A DNA stretch of 64,000 bases from the NCBI GenBank assembly GCA_002633005.1, contig NMRA01000861.1:5696-69695 (forward strand), read 5' to 3'. Within the stretch, counting starts at the first letter, position 1. Each line of letters opens with the position of its first letter. A model generated the notes under the pieces. The model searched no databases, was not told the origin of the DNA, and saw only the letters and a list, made by a program, of their open reading frames with translations. Source of the DNA: Phoronis australis (Eukaryota > Animalia > Phoronida). The translations under genes were made by a program, and so were the position numbers. Below, piece by piece: positions 42,122-55,145 of the stretch.

Positions 42122-42506
42122 AAGTGCAAGTCACACAGCACCTTTCGCCGTTTGTGGACCGAAAGGAAAAAAATAATTTTACTATGGGATCTTGAATTGT
42201 GCCCCCATTAAACACAGTCATTCAATCCCCAATCTCCTTTCATACCTCGTTTCTGCCTGGTTATCCGACAACGCATATATACTTAATACAGCCGGGAACC
42301 AGGCAACGACTTCGATACGAATTTTCTAAAATGGAAAAGCGCCTGGGCTCGCTAATGAAGTAGGAAACAGTAAGATTTCTGCTTCATTCATTTTATTGCG
42401 TCCGAGTTTACAAAAGACATTGTGAATAGGCCACTTGCGGGTTTGTTCGTGGTTGTTGTAAATAGCTGTCACGCGTGGGGGGACAGAAAGCGCCATATTT
42501 GCTATT

Positions 42507-43362
42507 TGTGATATATTGAGGCACTGCCCTCCACGTGCATGCAAACATGTCTTAAAATATTCCCAGGGGATGTGCATACTCCTCCACGTGCATGCAAACA
42601 TGTCTTAATATATTCCCAGGGGATGTGCATACTTCTGTTTTGTGTTCTCCACGTGCATGCAAACATGTCTTAGTCTATTCCCAGGGAATGTGCATACTTC
42701 TGTGGTAGTTGAGATTCCTAAAGGTTGTATATACCTCTAGAGTGGCAATTATATGGAGATTCCTCAGAGGATAGGCACATCCCTGGTGTAGCAAATCTGA
42801 GAAGAGTTGCAGTTATGCAAGAATTTTCTATAGGATAGTTACTTAGCTGGTTATAAGAGAGATGTAGTAAAAGAGGTGGGACCATCACGTGATGGCTCCA
42901 AAGGTATTATTTAAGGCACTAACAGAAGCAGACCAACAAGACCGCACCGAACAGGCCAACTCGAATCTTCAAAAACTGCGAAGTCATGATCTCCAGACAG
43001 TGAACGGCAGAGACGAGAACCACGACCGGATGGAAAACCCACGTATCAAGTCTAAAGTATACAACAGAGGTATAGACATTTTACACAGGTGTTGGTCTCA
43101 GCCTGTTAGTCAATTCGAACCAGTCTAGCGATTGTTCTAGAGGGTTAGTTCTGTTGCGACTTGTAATGTGTTTGCATGAGCGGTTGCTACTGGTAACTAG
43201 TGACATTGTTGTTTAGTACTTTCTCTAGCAGTGATATCTCGTCTCATTCAGTTAGTCGTCAGTCTCGCAACTTATTGTAAACTATTGTTTGTAAATCACA
43301 ACGCTGCAAATTAATACATATTTTATTGGTTGAGGTATTCGTGTGTTGTTTTAATTGCTACA
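42507..43362 (+). mobile_element. LTR-like insertion in the ISL2EU left end
   Basis: TGT...ACA ends; three internal ~56-66-bp tandem units (CTCCACGTGCATGCAAACATGTCTTA); TATA-like TATTTAA. No matching TSD found. Confidence 0.45.
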
Positions 43363-46108
43363 ACGTGCGCGCCATCTGTCGGCCGCAACACGAATCATTA
43401 CACCACATATTGTGTTCTTATCAGCTTCATTCGTCTCGTGTTGGAAATTTCATTATGATAAGTCTCACTGCAAAGTTTTGCATCAGCTTCGTCGATGGTT
43501 GTTAGATCGTGGAATTACAGTTAATGGCAAGAGGATATTTGAATTAGTACAGTTATGCGAAGCAGTTGCGGACCTGGATCTGAATATCGACCCGGATTTA
43601 ACGAATGACGACTCTCGGACTGTGCATGATGTTTTATCTTCGATTGGCTTTCCCGGTGACGACCCCTTCAGCAACAAACTTCTGGACAACGATTTTAAGG
43701 ACATGCCCCAACTTGGATTGTATGACATTTTCAACTACCTTTTGTGGAGCAAGGTTGGATATGACTTGAAAAAGCTGAGAGCGTACAAAAATGCAAATGA
43801 TTATCGCCTGTTTGCCAACGGACATGAGTTAGAGCTAAAGTATTTGGCCGTGGACAAGAGTGGAAAGCTGTCGTTATTTGTGAGCCATGTGAAGTCAACC
43901 CAGCGGGACAAGACTTACATCAACCGCCCTTACCACAGGTGCTGGGTTATTGTGAACAGGGATCCTGTATTCATCCATGCTGCATGGTGTGAATGTCCTG
44001 GAGGGTAAGTCATTGCAAAACAGCTATTTAAATCATGAATACCTGCTTAACTGAGTCTGCTAATTTTTTCCTATTACATACTACTGTGGTTTGATGGACT
44101 ACATGATAGTGGTGTGGTTAAAACTTGGTTGTTGTCATTTGCTAAATGGCCAAAGTCCCAGGACACAATTTATGAAATTAGGTCATACCAGAGCCCTCAT
44201 CCACCTTAGGGAAAAGTTGCCTGTACTTTCTGGAAGTGGAATTTTTAGGGTGGGAGGAAATTTCTCCTACCCCTGTCACCACCAATAGCAACCTATAAAC
44301 CCGTTGCCACCCCTTATCAGCTCTGGCACAAGTAGTCAAAACCAAGGTCATCATTGCCTGTGTGAATTACAAAGTGATTCTAATCTAGTTTTTGAACACT
44401 TGGATTTGGAATTGACGTGGGGAATTTTGTCTGATTTTAAAATATTTATGTACAATATTCTCTTTCAGAGCTGATGGCGCTTGCTGTCACACTGGCGCTA
44501 CATTGTATGAGATGAAGAGGTATCCTGCACTGACTGTCCAGCATAGAGGAAAAACGGTCCCGTGCCAACGACGGACCAAGTGAACCACAGAATCTCAACG
44601 TCAGGAAAGCACGATAATATAGCATAACTGTTGAGGCTACATTCTGTCATTATGTCAAAATGAAAAAATAAAACAAAAGTAACGCTCATTCTGAAATTAC
44701 CAACATTGGATGGTGAAAGTCAACATTCCAATGTTATTTTTACCAAAGACACTCGCTGTTGTAGAGTAAGAGTAACCTTTAGCTCGTGTCTTTAGATAAT
44801 CAGCAAGTAAAACTAACACCAAAAATGTTTTCCCATTAAAAATTCAGTCATGTGCAATGTATTTCGACAGTTCATATATGAGTCAGTTCTCCTACATAAT
44901 TTCAGGTATCGATTTATTGAGCCTCGTCCAAAGTATGGCCCCCATCATGTCCACTTCGACCCTCGCCCCCTGGACATGAGACAGCCCGTGACTAAAGAGT
45001 ACAGAGTGTTAGCTGCAGAAAAGTGCATCGCTGTAAGTGGAAACATGTCGACTACACACCCTTCAACGAGTTCTTTAAAAAGTCCCTGTTAAACGCTCAT
45101 GTATACATAAGAAAAATTCTTGACATTTTTATTTGGTGAAGTGTAATTACAAAAGCTGTCATTATGGTGACAATTAGAAGGCCTTTTTGCCTTTTTGCAA
45201 TAAAGGCATCTTTAAGGGCACAGTCAAAGACACATTTATGTCTCGGCCCCCGTTGGTCCACTGATGTTTGATAAAATGTAATCGGACATGCAGAATTGGA
45301 AAACAATTACTGTCAGCTGAAATAACAGCTTTCTTCATTACTAAAATATGTCACTCTATTTATAGCAACCTCTAGAACAGCTTGTATTTAACTTCACATT
45401 TTTATTTATTGAAGTTTTGCTATTCATGTTGAGAAATGGGTAGTGGTTAAATAACATTTACACCAATACTCACATACATGAGTCCCCTATTTTGGGAAAC
45501 AGTTTGATGCATTTTATTCTTAGCAGAACCCTGCTTCTCACCCCCTGTAAATAACCATTTCCTCATTTCGACTGGCACAATGTTTCGGTCATTCATTAAT
45601 TTGACCATCTTTGTATTTTAAAACATTCTTAGAATGAGCACGGGTAGGTGACACAGTCATCGTAGTCAGTGAGCTTTTGACTTTTGTGGTATTTGAACTA
45701 CATAACTTTCGGTTGTAGTACGCCTTACAGTTGTCATCACCACCTTTGAGCATATTTAATATGTCAATTATACTGTTATTGTTTCAGGAGGCACAGCGTG
45801 ATGCAGCATTCCCCAACGTGGTTGAATGTGATAAAACAATGCCTGAGAAGGGGAACAGCCAAGTTTACCATCCATCGACTGGCGTCAGAGTCAACGAAAG
45901 AAGACTTCTTTGCGTTGAAGTTGTCCAAAGAGACTATTACCGAAATAGAGTTGGCCACGACTGGTCAAGGCAACAATAATTCATGGTTCGAGTTAAGGAG
46001 AGGGCGCATGACTGCGTCAAAGTTTGCTCAGTTGCCTGGCTCAAACAGTGAGTCAGATAAGATATTAGTCCTTGGTGAGGACACAGTGCACACCGCATTC
46101 ACCACCAA

Positions 46109-48565
46109 CAGCTGATTTCATAAAGGTGGTTTAACAAAACCAGGTTCAAGACTTAAACCTGGTCTACCTAAACCTGGTCTAATTTTAGACCTGACTTGCA
46201 TTTCACCAATATGGTTTAAGAGTCTGAAAGCCTGGTTTTGGTAGACCAGGCAGTTGGTTCAGTAAAACCAGGTTTAAAGTATCAAAGGCACCCCACTGTG
46301 TCAAGCTCTGTATACCCAACAAAGAAACTACTGAAGTGCTTCAATGAAACCTTAATCACGTGGGTATACAATGGCCTACACTAACAGAATCAGTGTAGAC
46401 ATTTACGAAAAACATCTAAAAGCTTTTCTCATGAGGAAAACTGTAATTTCTGTGCCTAACACACACACACACATTAAAGAACATGCTCCCGATTAGGTGT
46501 ACCATGATAAATGCCCAAATTTATTCCCTTGTCATTTAGTGTTTATTTTCGGCGGCCAAAGGGGGGGGGCAAGAAACCTTTCTGGCAACATTATATAGGA
46601 GCACAGTGGAGGTGGAACTCAGCCAGAAGAATGAGAAGATGCTATCTTTAGTCAAATCCGTAGCGCTTACAACGATGACGGCCTGCTCGACCAGTCATAT
46701 TCTGAGAAATCTGCAGGACACATTCGAGCAAGTAGTGGTCTACGCATACGCGGATCCACGTGGGTCATGGGGTCCAGAGTCCCCTTTTTTCCCTTGATTT
46801 TAGTGATATCAAATTTATAATTTTCAAATTGTTGACTTGGCCCCCCTTTCAAAAAGTCCTTGACGTCCCCCCTGTGAAAAATCCTGGATCCGCCCCTGCT
46901 ACATTTGATCTTGTGTCATAGTAAAACTGAATATTGAAAATAGTCCATTTTAGCTCTAAAACTGCGTCGCAAATGCACTCCGCGGCATCATTCACTTGTA
47001 CCTATACCATGCAAGTCTGACATATTTAAAGGCGAAGGCAACCTTTTTCCATGTCATTTTGAGCTAAAATAAGGTTGGTTGGTTATCCTAGACATATTTT
47101 TCACTTAATTACAGCTTTTCGTGATTTTATTAATTATTCGTCCGCTTTTCCGGAAGTGACGTTTTAGGAGGCAAGCGCTTCCCGCCAATTTCTTTTCACA
47201 TAGTCTGACTGTGAGAGCTGCCGAGTCAGTCATTGTTCTACCTCGGTTNNNNNNNNNNNNNNNNNNNNNNNNNNNNNNNNNNNNNNNNNNNNNNNNNNNN
47301 NNNNNNNNNNNNNNNNNNNNNNNNNNNNNNNNNNNNNNNNNNNNNNNNNNNNNNNNNNNNNNNNNNNNNNNNNNNNNNNNNNNNNNNNNNNNNNNNNNNN
47401 NNNNNNNNNNNNNNNNNNNNNNNNNNNNNNNNNNNNNNNNNNNNNNNNNNNNNNNNNNNNNNNNNNNNNNNNNNNNNNNNNNNNNNNNNNNNNNNNNNNN
47501 NNNNNNNNNNNNNNNNNNNNNNNNNNNNNNNNNNNNNNNNNNNNNNNNNNNNNNNNNNNNNNNNNNNNNNNNNNNNNNNNNNNNNNNNNNNNNNNNNNNN
47601 NNNNNNNNNNNNNNNNNNNNNNNNNNNNNNNNNNNNNNNNNNNNNNNNNNNNNNNNNNNNNNNNNNNNNNNNNNNNNNNNNNNNNNNNNNNNNNNNNNNN
47701 NNNNNNNNNNNNNNNNNNNNNNNNNNNNNNNNNNNNNNNNNNNNNNNNNNNNNNNNNNNNNNNNNNNNNNNNNNNNNNNNNNNNNNNNNNNNNNNNNNNN
47801 NNNNNNNNNNNNNNNNNNNNNNNNNNNNNNNNNNNNNNNNNNNNNNNNNNNNNNNNNNNNNNNNNNNNNNNNNNNNNNNNNNNNNNNNNNNNNCAAAAAA
47901 CTTTAAATAACAAACATTTCATGGAGTCACCTAGCTTGCTTAATTGAATGACTAATCTACTTTGTCATTCTAACTTTAAAATTTTGCAAGTCAACCTATA
48001 AAAAAGCAATTTAATTTGCTTAATAAAGACAATTTTGATTTTGACTGACATCTAGTGGCAAGTTAGAACTTTATGAGCTTATTAAACTTGACAACAGGTG
48101 TCACTAAAAACTAGGTCACATCAGAACTCATGTTAGTAGTACTTAATATGTCTAATTGATATTAAAATCGGCATTGGTATTATTAAAGGAACTTTTGATC
48201 TTTTGTTTGCTGCTCTTGGTCTGTCAAATGCTTTGGAGAAATTATGAGATGCATTGGTAGGAAAGCTAAACTTTGAAGTGTCTAAGAAGTAGGTCACACC
48301 AGTGCAGTGTGCAGTTTTAAACCATATATAAATACCTCCAGCATGACCATGCTTATGGGTAGACAAAAAACAATGTCAATAACTGACATTCAACATTTGC
48401 GTCGAGTTTGGAATTTATAATGTGAACACTGGAGTTAAACCAGGCTTTACTAGACCACTGGTCTAAAAGTTAAACCACCTTAATAAAATGCATATTATCT
48501 TTAAACCTCGTCCAAGTCCAGTTTACACCAAGTTTAAATTTAAACCACCTTTATGAAATCAGCTG
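46109..48565. mobile_element. Harbinger-like TIR element inside the YqaJ exon, itself carrying nested inserts
   Basis: Perfect 26-bp inverted ends CAGCTGATTTCATAAAGGTGGTTTAA; AAACCAGG/CCTGGT subterminal repeats; TSD ambiguous (CAG vs CTG). Confidence 0.8.
47030..47248 (+). mobile_element. Second copy of the Kolobok-like element (left end; remainder in N gap)
   Basis: TTAA|AGGCGAAGGCAACC..., nearly identical to 31603-31821. Confidence 0.9.
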
Positions 48566-49415
48566 CATGTGTCTAAACTGGGGCAGTAAACATGAACACA
48601 CGGCAAAGGACTTGTACAAAAGAGCAATGCAATTCAAACACACCAGTTTCAAGTTGGAGGAGCCAGGACTGACATTGTCACGTAATCATCACTACATTGG
48701 TTGTTCTGTGGATGGTGTGGCATCGTGTGTCATGGACTTAAACTTGTTGAAATAAATGTCCATTTGCTTTGCGGAATTCGCATCCAAAATCTGCCTTGTT
48801 GTCCAAGGGGTGTTCAGATGACAATGGCCAACTGATTTGTCAGGCAAACTGCCAGTATTATGCTCAGAAACAAGGGCAAATGGGCATCTATGGTGCCAAA
48901 TCTTTTGATTTGGTGCTCTTCACCAAGAAGGGCACTGAAGTTGTCAATGCAGCTTTTGATGAAATTTTTTTTAGTGAAATGCTAGGAAAGCTGGTGGCGT
49001 TTTATGAGTCGGAAGTTGCGACTCATTTGCAATTCTGGTCAAAGCCATGAATGACCAGTGGTTACAAGAGGAGTGATGTAACTGATCATGTCATTGTTAC
49101 ATTTATATTATAATACACGACTTAAAGCAGATGCAAATGTTTTATTTATCCATAGCACAACACTGAAATGTCAAATAAAAAATAGATAGCCTGAACACTT
49201 CTATTTCATAATATGCCTAGCAAATGTGCTACACAAAACTTATAACAATTTTTTCTATTCGGTTCTGTCATAAGATGCTCCTAGTTATTCTGTACACTTG
49301 TGATATATGTTACTTATATATTTGCTATGCAATTCTGTTCAACAAGAAGTACTAAATGTTTTATGAGCTGAAGTTTCTCTGAGGAACTAATTTTGTGTGT
49401 TACGTAACACAAAGT

Positions 49416-51433
49416 TCATTTCACTAATGGTGCATCTACATAGGTCAGAGCGGCGACAACAAAGAGTATCTAGTCCAGGACATTCTGAAGGGTGACTGGT
49501 ACAACACCTGATAACAATTTATATTGTTTCAGTCTACCTATGACACATTCAACATGAATCCTTTCGCGAACAATTCTACCGGTTTTGGTAGCTGCTTTGT
49601 TGCTCAACTGTTGTCCATGAGTAAATGGGGGAATGTTGAGAGTTGCACCATGCAGTGCTAACAAGTCGCGTATAAAAAAAAACCCTGTCTGCCATTATAT
49701 CATCAACATATTCCACACGGTCTAGAAATCCTAATACTTCTGTTATTTGCCAATCAGAAATGCATCCAGTCCATAAACTGGAGACGAAGCAGAAGCCACC
49801 AGTAGGAGATATGCCAACTAAGGCTTTAAGACTATTACGGTGCTTATAGGACGACCATGTAATACGCTGTGAGGAAGGCAAACTGGGGCGTTGCACGTAG
49901 ATTTCTGTGCAATCAATAATAGCCCGTGTTCTCTTGAAGTACTTAGATGAACTAGGAAGAGTTTTCCAAGTTTGATTTTTGTCTGGCCAAGTAACAAGAA
50001 ATTGCAACTCATGATAAAGCAAATTGATCCATATTGCAAAAATATGACTCACTAGAGATGAAGAAATGCCAAAAGAGTCAGCGATCATGTCTACATCAGT
50101 AGCACGCCTCATTCGTACTAGTGTCATAACAAGCTCTTCAAAGACACTGAGCAATCACATCATTGCTGTTTCGTTCTGGAGGTTGGCGAGCATGACCTTC
50201 CCAGTAAGTCATTTTCTCAGCAGCGAGCATCACAATGTTGAAAACAAAATGTAGTGTAGCTAAAGTCAGACCTACAAAATGGGTAACATATGTACATAAC
50301 TCAAGTGAACAATAAACATCCGAATGCTCTATGTTAGTAACTTTTTAGTTGGAATATGACTCTTTAATAAGAGAACAAAAAACATCCAAATGCAAGTAAA
50401 TTTTTTCAGTTGGTATAAGTCATTAACTGAAGTATTAGGCAAGTCACAAATAACATGGACAAGATCAGATCTTAAATATGCAAATTTATGAATCAGTGCA
50501 GATAATTTTCCTAATGATGATTTTCATACAAATTGATAAACAAGTGTATTTTTATATCACAGCTATAATTACCAGTGTAAAATTATTTTGTTGTCTCGTA
50601 ATTCTTTAATACGTCTTTCATGAATAAACTTCTCTTGAGCTTTCGAGTGCCCGACAACTCCTCATCGGTGTAATCCGTGAGATTGGGCAACGTGAAATTT
50701 GTTTGGCAAGCGGCTGAGCATGTTGCTGCAAAATAACCCACCAGATACAATACCTGGGATTATACTCTCTAGCAAATGATCATAAGCAAATGGTCTGGTA
50801 TTACACAACTAGTAAATGACATCTAAACATACACAAATACAACAAAACAAACCAAAATGATTATTTGATTTTTTTCGCAAACACATTAATTTTTAACAAA
50901 ATACTTACTTTTAACTGACAGTGTTTTGCATTGAGAGTCTTGGGTGGTTGTCACTACAGGATCGGGTTCTGCATCAGCACAGATTAACTCTGCACAACTT
51001 GTGCTATAAAACAGCGAAGGTGATGCTCTGGCTCTTGTCAATCCGTAACAATGATCCATAAGATGAACAGTGTCAAGGGGGACTGCAATACGACGCTTAA
51101 TTACAGGGCCCTCACGTTTTTTCGGAGCAGGTCTGGCCCATTTAGATAACACTCGATTGACCTCCATTTCAGTGACAGCAGCAGACTTTGGTCAGGGTGT
51201 TCTGCAGTCAGTCCTTTGCCCCCAACAAAGTGTTTCAAACAAATGTAAGTATATTTAGTCACATTTCCAACAGTGAAGTCTTTCCTACCACATCTCCCGA
51301 CCCACAGCTGGCACTTCGCAAGAGAAGACTTTGGTTTCGGGAAATTAATAAAGTAAACATCGGCCATGCCGTCCCGGTCGCTGTATCTCGAGTCACTGTT
51401 ACAAGTTCCGTAACAGCAATGTTTCACGGGCAT
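49416..51433 (-). pseudogene. ISL2EU transposase: THAP, HTH and DDE_Tnp_4 (HARBI1-like) domains; spliced and frameshifted
   Basis: THAP MPVKHCCYGTC...FPKP...W...ICLKHF; HTH EELVMTLVRMR...IADSFGIS; catalytic motifs IIDCTE, MADR(V)F and RIHVE.VIGRLK; frameshift in the A-run at ~49674-49683; in-frame TAG near 49470. Confidence 0.93.
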
Positions 51434-52594
51434 TTCGCAGAGCAAAGTGAGTTAACACCATCCAAAAGGCGTAATTAATATTGGAAATTTTCAGTAATAA
51501 AGAAATGTTACACTGCGAGTACGTAGAACATGAGATTTATTAGTCACGGCTATCGACAACCGCAGCAAGTGGGACACGAGATCTACTATCAATTCTCCCT
51601 ACTCTGTCCCCCGTTTCCGGGCAGTTCTATATGCTCTCGTGTTTACACGCGTGATGTTGATACAACCCGCAAATGGTATATCTATACTGCAGGGCGTGAC
51701 ATCCAACTGTTTAATAAACCATAAGCTCAAATGACGATATTGAATGTTAACCAGTCACAGATTTGTCTGCATGGACTGGATTATTATATCGTCTGCTACG
51801 CCAGCCAACGCCAATCCACTATCACTGATTTATGTTTAGCAAGACGGTATCAATGGAAGTGTCGTTACACGAAATAGTTTCTTACGTCTACAAAGCTCAA
51901 ATAGTTTTTGTTCTACGTTTGTCACTTCCTGGATAACTGAATTTTAACACTGTTTTTTGTACTCAAGCTCGACAGAGATCACACTATGCCGGACAATTCA
52001 TTGCTAAATTGTCTGGTGAAGTGTTCTTTACCCAAATACTTCCACTACAAGATGCTTGGGTTAAGGTCTTGTCTATGTTGTCTATGATGAGCAGACTGCA
52101 CCCAAATACATCTATTTTTCAAATTTTGCCTGGGGAAGGTCTCCCAACCCCCCCCCATGGGAGGATCTCACTTCATCCCATACTCGCATGTGGTGCCGGG
52201 TTCCGCATACGCGTCAAGCATTCACCACCACGCTCCTTTCGAAACCCAGCTAATTGGGGGATCCCATTTCTTATATTCGCATGTGGCAACGGGCTTTGCA
52301 CCCCGTTTAAGCCATTCACCACCACGCTCCTTGCAAAACCCAGGGGAAACACTGCATTCTGTCTACTTTCAGAAAATACATGTTTCCACGGAGTTAAAAT
52401 CAATGCTTTTGTAGACATTTGGCTAAATGTACTGACTTATTAATAACGTGCTACATAACTTTAAAAGCCGTCAGTTAGTTATATATCCAGTGTTGTGATA
52501 ACTCAAGTGTCTGGCAATACCTAAGGGGTGGTGTCTAACATAACTCAGTTAATTAAATGTCCAGTGTCGTGATAGCTCAAGTGTCTGGCAATAC

Positions 52595-52749
52595 CTGGGG
52601 GGTGGTGACTAACACAGCTCCATCAGGGTTGCAGCTACGTATGTTCTCCACCACTGAGATGTGTTCGTCTGAGGTGCCTGGCGGGGTGTCAATGATCAGA
52701 TAGTCAATGTCCCGCCAATAGACATCGTTGATGAACTGTTTAATCATGG
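52595..52749 (-). CDS. NUBP2: NUBP2 coding exon (155 nt): (A)[51 protein letters not shown]
   Basis: tttcag/gtattg boundaries; [15 protein letters not shown] (Walker B) and VTTPQ motifs. Confidence 0.97.
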
Positions 52750-54109
52750 CTGAAATCATGGAGAGACAAATAACACCTTCGTCATACTGAAAACACTGCC
52801 ACTACAATGAACTAGATAAACTTGTGAGTTTGTTGTGCTAAAAAGCATAACTTTTTCTATGATTGGAGGTCACTTCTGAAGTGAGAAATCAATGTTTTTG
52901 AAAAGCTGCACATGTGTTTTTAATCACTATTTCCAGTTTATTAATACTTTAAAAATTACTGCTATTGGGAATTCCCATACATTAACCCACACAAAATTTA
53001 TGCAAAATGATGATCACCAAAGTTAGGCCAAACCAAAGGACAAAATGATGAGTGAAACTTGCTGTTGGGTGGTCCATAATACATTTTACAGGTTCCTAAA
53101 AAATGAAATGCTCTCCCAAGACTCGACACAACGAGCTACAGGTAGCGTTTACGACCTGAAATTAGGAAATGCGAGCTGAGATTTTTGCCAGCTCGTAACA
53201 AGTCGCACTATGTGACCTGGAACTTCCAACGCTTCTCGGCAGATACCTGGCAAATATGAAACAAATTGTGTGAATCTGACCATTATTTGGTTGTTACCAA
53301 ATGAAGTTCAAAAGAACACTAACCGAGAACAGTCCTCCCGATGACTTAAAGCATGTCGCGAGAACATGGGAAAATAGAGAATCGATCTCTGACTCGTTTC
53401 ATTGGCTAACATTTTCGGCTACTTTTGAAAAATTCCAAATGCGTCGAAGAAAGTTTAGGACCACGGTACGACACATCATAAAACATCACACAATAGCGGT
53501 GTTTCTCCTTATTTTTAAACAATGGACTTTGAAACTTCATGGTGGAAAAACATTTATTTTTCACTTAAAATGTCCTTATTACCAAATATCCATGACAATA
53601 TTCCTGATATCGCACTAAGGCACTGGTCGGTCGCGTTGTAAGCACGCAAGCTACCTCGGCAGACGTTTCTGGGGATACGTGCGCAACAAATAAGTCGTCA
53701 GTCACATGTTGTTGCTAGCGTAAAATGTAGGCCTACTCCGGCGATTCAAGTGGGTGAACTCGCGCGTGCACATCACTCCAAAGCGGTACATCAAAACAGA
53801 ACAGTTACAGTTTTAAATGTAAGAATGTATCGGCTTAGCTCTGTTAAGCATATGGGTGCCAATGGTTTATTTGAAGATGAACATAATAGATTCCCGTCAG
53901 TTATAAAAGACCCAATGTTTTACGATATTCCCTGGTCCGATGTAGCCCAGAACTGATATTTTCCTGTTCCTGCGCATCCGAATACGTCATTGAGCTTGGG
54001 CAATGTTTCCCGGATTTTTTCGACAGGATGTTTTTCAAACATCCAGTTAAGTTGCAAAGTTTCGGCTGCAAACAAAAAACTGGAGGGACCTTGAACTCAG
54101 TTAGTCTGG

Positions 54110-55145
54110 ATCTTTAATGACAATCATGTAGCAAGTCAGACCGAGCAATACCTCTTCAACAAGAATTTCAACAACAAAAACTATCCCTTTCTATCAACGG
54201 TTCTCCCATCGAGAATGTTGACAAGTTTAAGTACTTGGGCCTTACTTTAGATCCCAATCTTAAATTTAATATGCACATAGATCATATCACAAAGAAATTA
54301 TCAAAGAAAATCGGTGTACTTAAACGTCTAGGCAAATTTCTTAATATCCGTACTCTTAAGACCCTTTACCATTCTATTATTCAGCCTCATATTAATTATT
54401 GTTTACCGGTTTGGGGGCACACTAGTGACACACTTGTAAACAAAGTCCAAGTAATCCAAAATAGAGCCGCCAGGGCTATCCTGGGTACTAAAATTAGGGA
54501 CACAAGGGTTGACGACTTGTACTCCAAGCTGGGATTTATGAAAATAAGACAAAAAAAATAAATATCTCTCTGCCTGTTGTATGTACAGATGTATCAATGG
54601 CTTGGCTCCTGCATATCTCAGCAGTAAATTCAATAGCAGTCAGGCTGTTTATTCTACACGTTCTTATCTGTTGCTGGTAATGTTTCTTCTAAAAAAATTA
54701 AAACCGAGACGGGCAAGAGATCTTTTATCTATGCAGCTGCTATAATATGGAATTCTTTTAGCCCAGAAATTAAACGGTCCAATTCAATTACTACCTTTAA
54801 AGTTAATGTTAAAAAGTGGCTGTAATTTACTTAACCTGTTATACCCTGCCTGTCTTAATCATGTCATTTTTTCATTGTCGTAAATACTCTCATTGTCTAG
54901 AGTCATCTCTTAATTTATTTCATCTGTCTTAGTTAATTTTTTTACCATTATTTGTCATTTAGTTATTGTCTTAATTCTCAACCTTAACTGTTTTAATTGT
55001 ATCTTTGTTACGTATATTTCATTGTTGTTTTATTACTTCATTGTATTATATTACTGTTTTTCTTGTTGAGGGTCCTCTTGGAAAGCAGTGCTATCACTGA
55101 AGAGGCCACCCCCATTTTAAATATCACAATAATAAATAAATAAAT
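54110..55145 (+). mobile_element. 5'-truncated CR1/L2-group LINE (RT C-terminus, 3' UTR and tail)
   Basis: KFKYLGLTLDPNLKF..HID...YCLPVWG...IQNRAARAI...NGLAPAYL; 3' stem-loop CCTCTTGGAAAGCAGTG...CACTGAAGAGG; (TAAA)n tail. Confidence 0.9.

Larger units (their letters stand above)
43470..49050 (+). pseudogene. ISL2EU accessory gene: SAP-like N-terminus, SWIM zinc finger and YqaJ (lambda-exonuclease-like) domain; spliced and disrupted
   Basis: CECPGG|gtaagt (44004) splices to tttcag|ADGACCHTGATLYE (44469), forming SWIM. YqaJ motifs GQGNNNSWFELRRGRMTASKF (45960-46025), WGSKHE, GCSVDG, EIKCP (frameshifted) and YYAQKQGQM. A 2.45-kb insertion sits at 46109-48565. Confidence 0.9.
42428..51679. mobile_element. 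Complete, decayed ISL2EU (PIF/Harbinger-ISL2EU group) transposon with two convergent genes
   Basis: Imperfect TIRs AGGCCACTTGCGGGTT / ATACCATTTGCGGGTT (13/16); AT on both flanks; shared subterminal TCACGCGTG and GGGGGACAGA; encodes a THAP-HTH-DDE gene (-) and a SWIM-YqaJ gene (+). Confidence 0.85.

Noticed and set aside
31959-47893. Long X-rich ORFs across the N gaps (31959-32283, 38467-38954, 47249-47893)
   Set aside because: Gap artefacts; only the THAP start at 31868 is real sequence.
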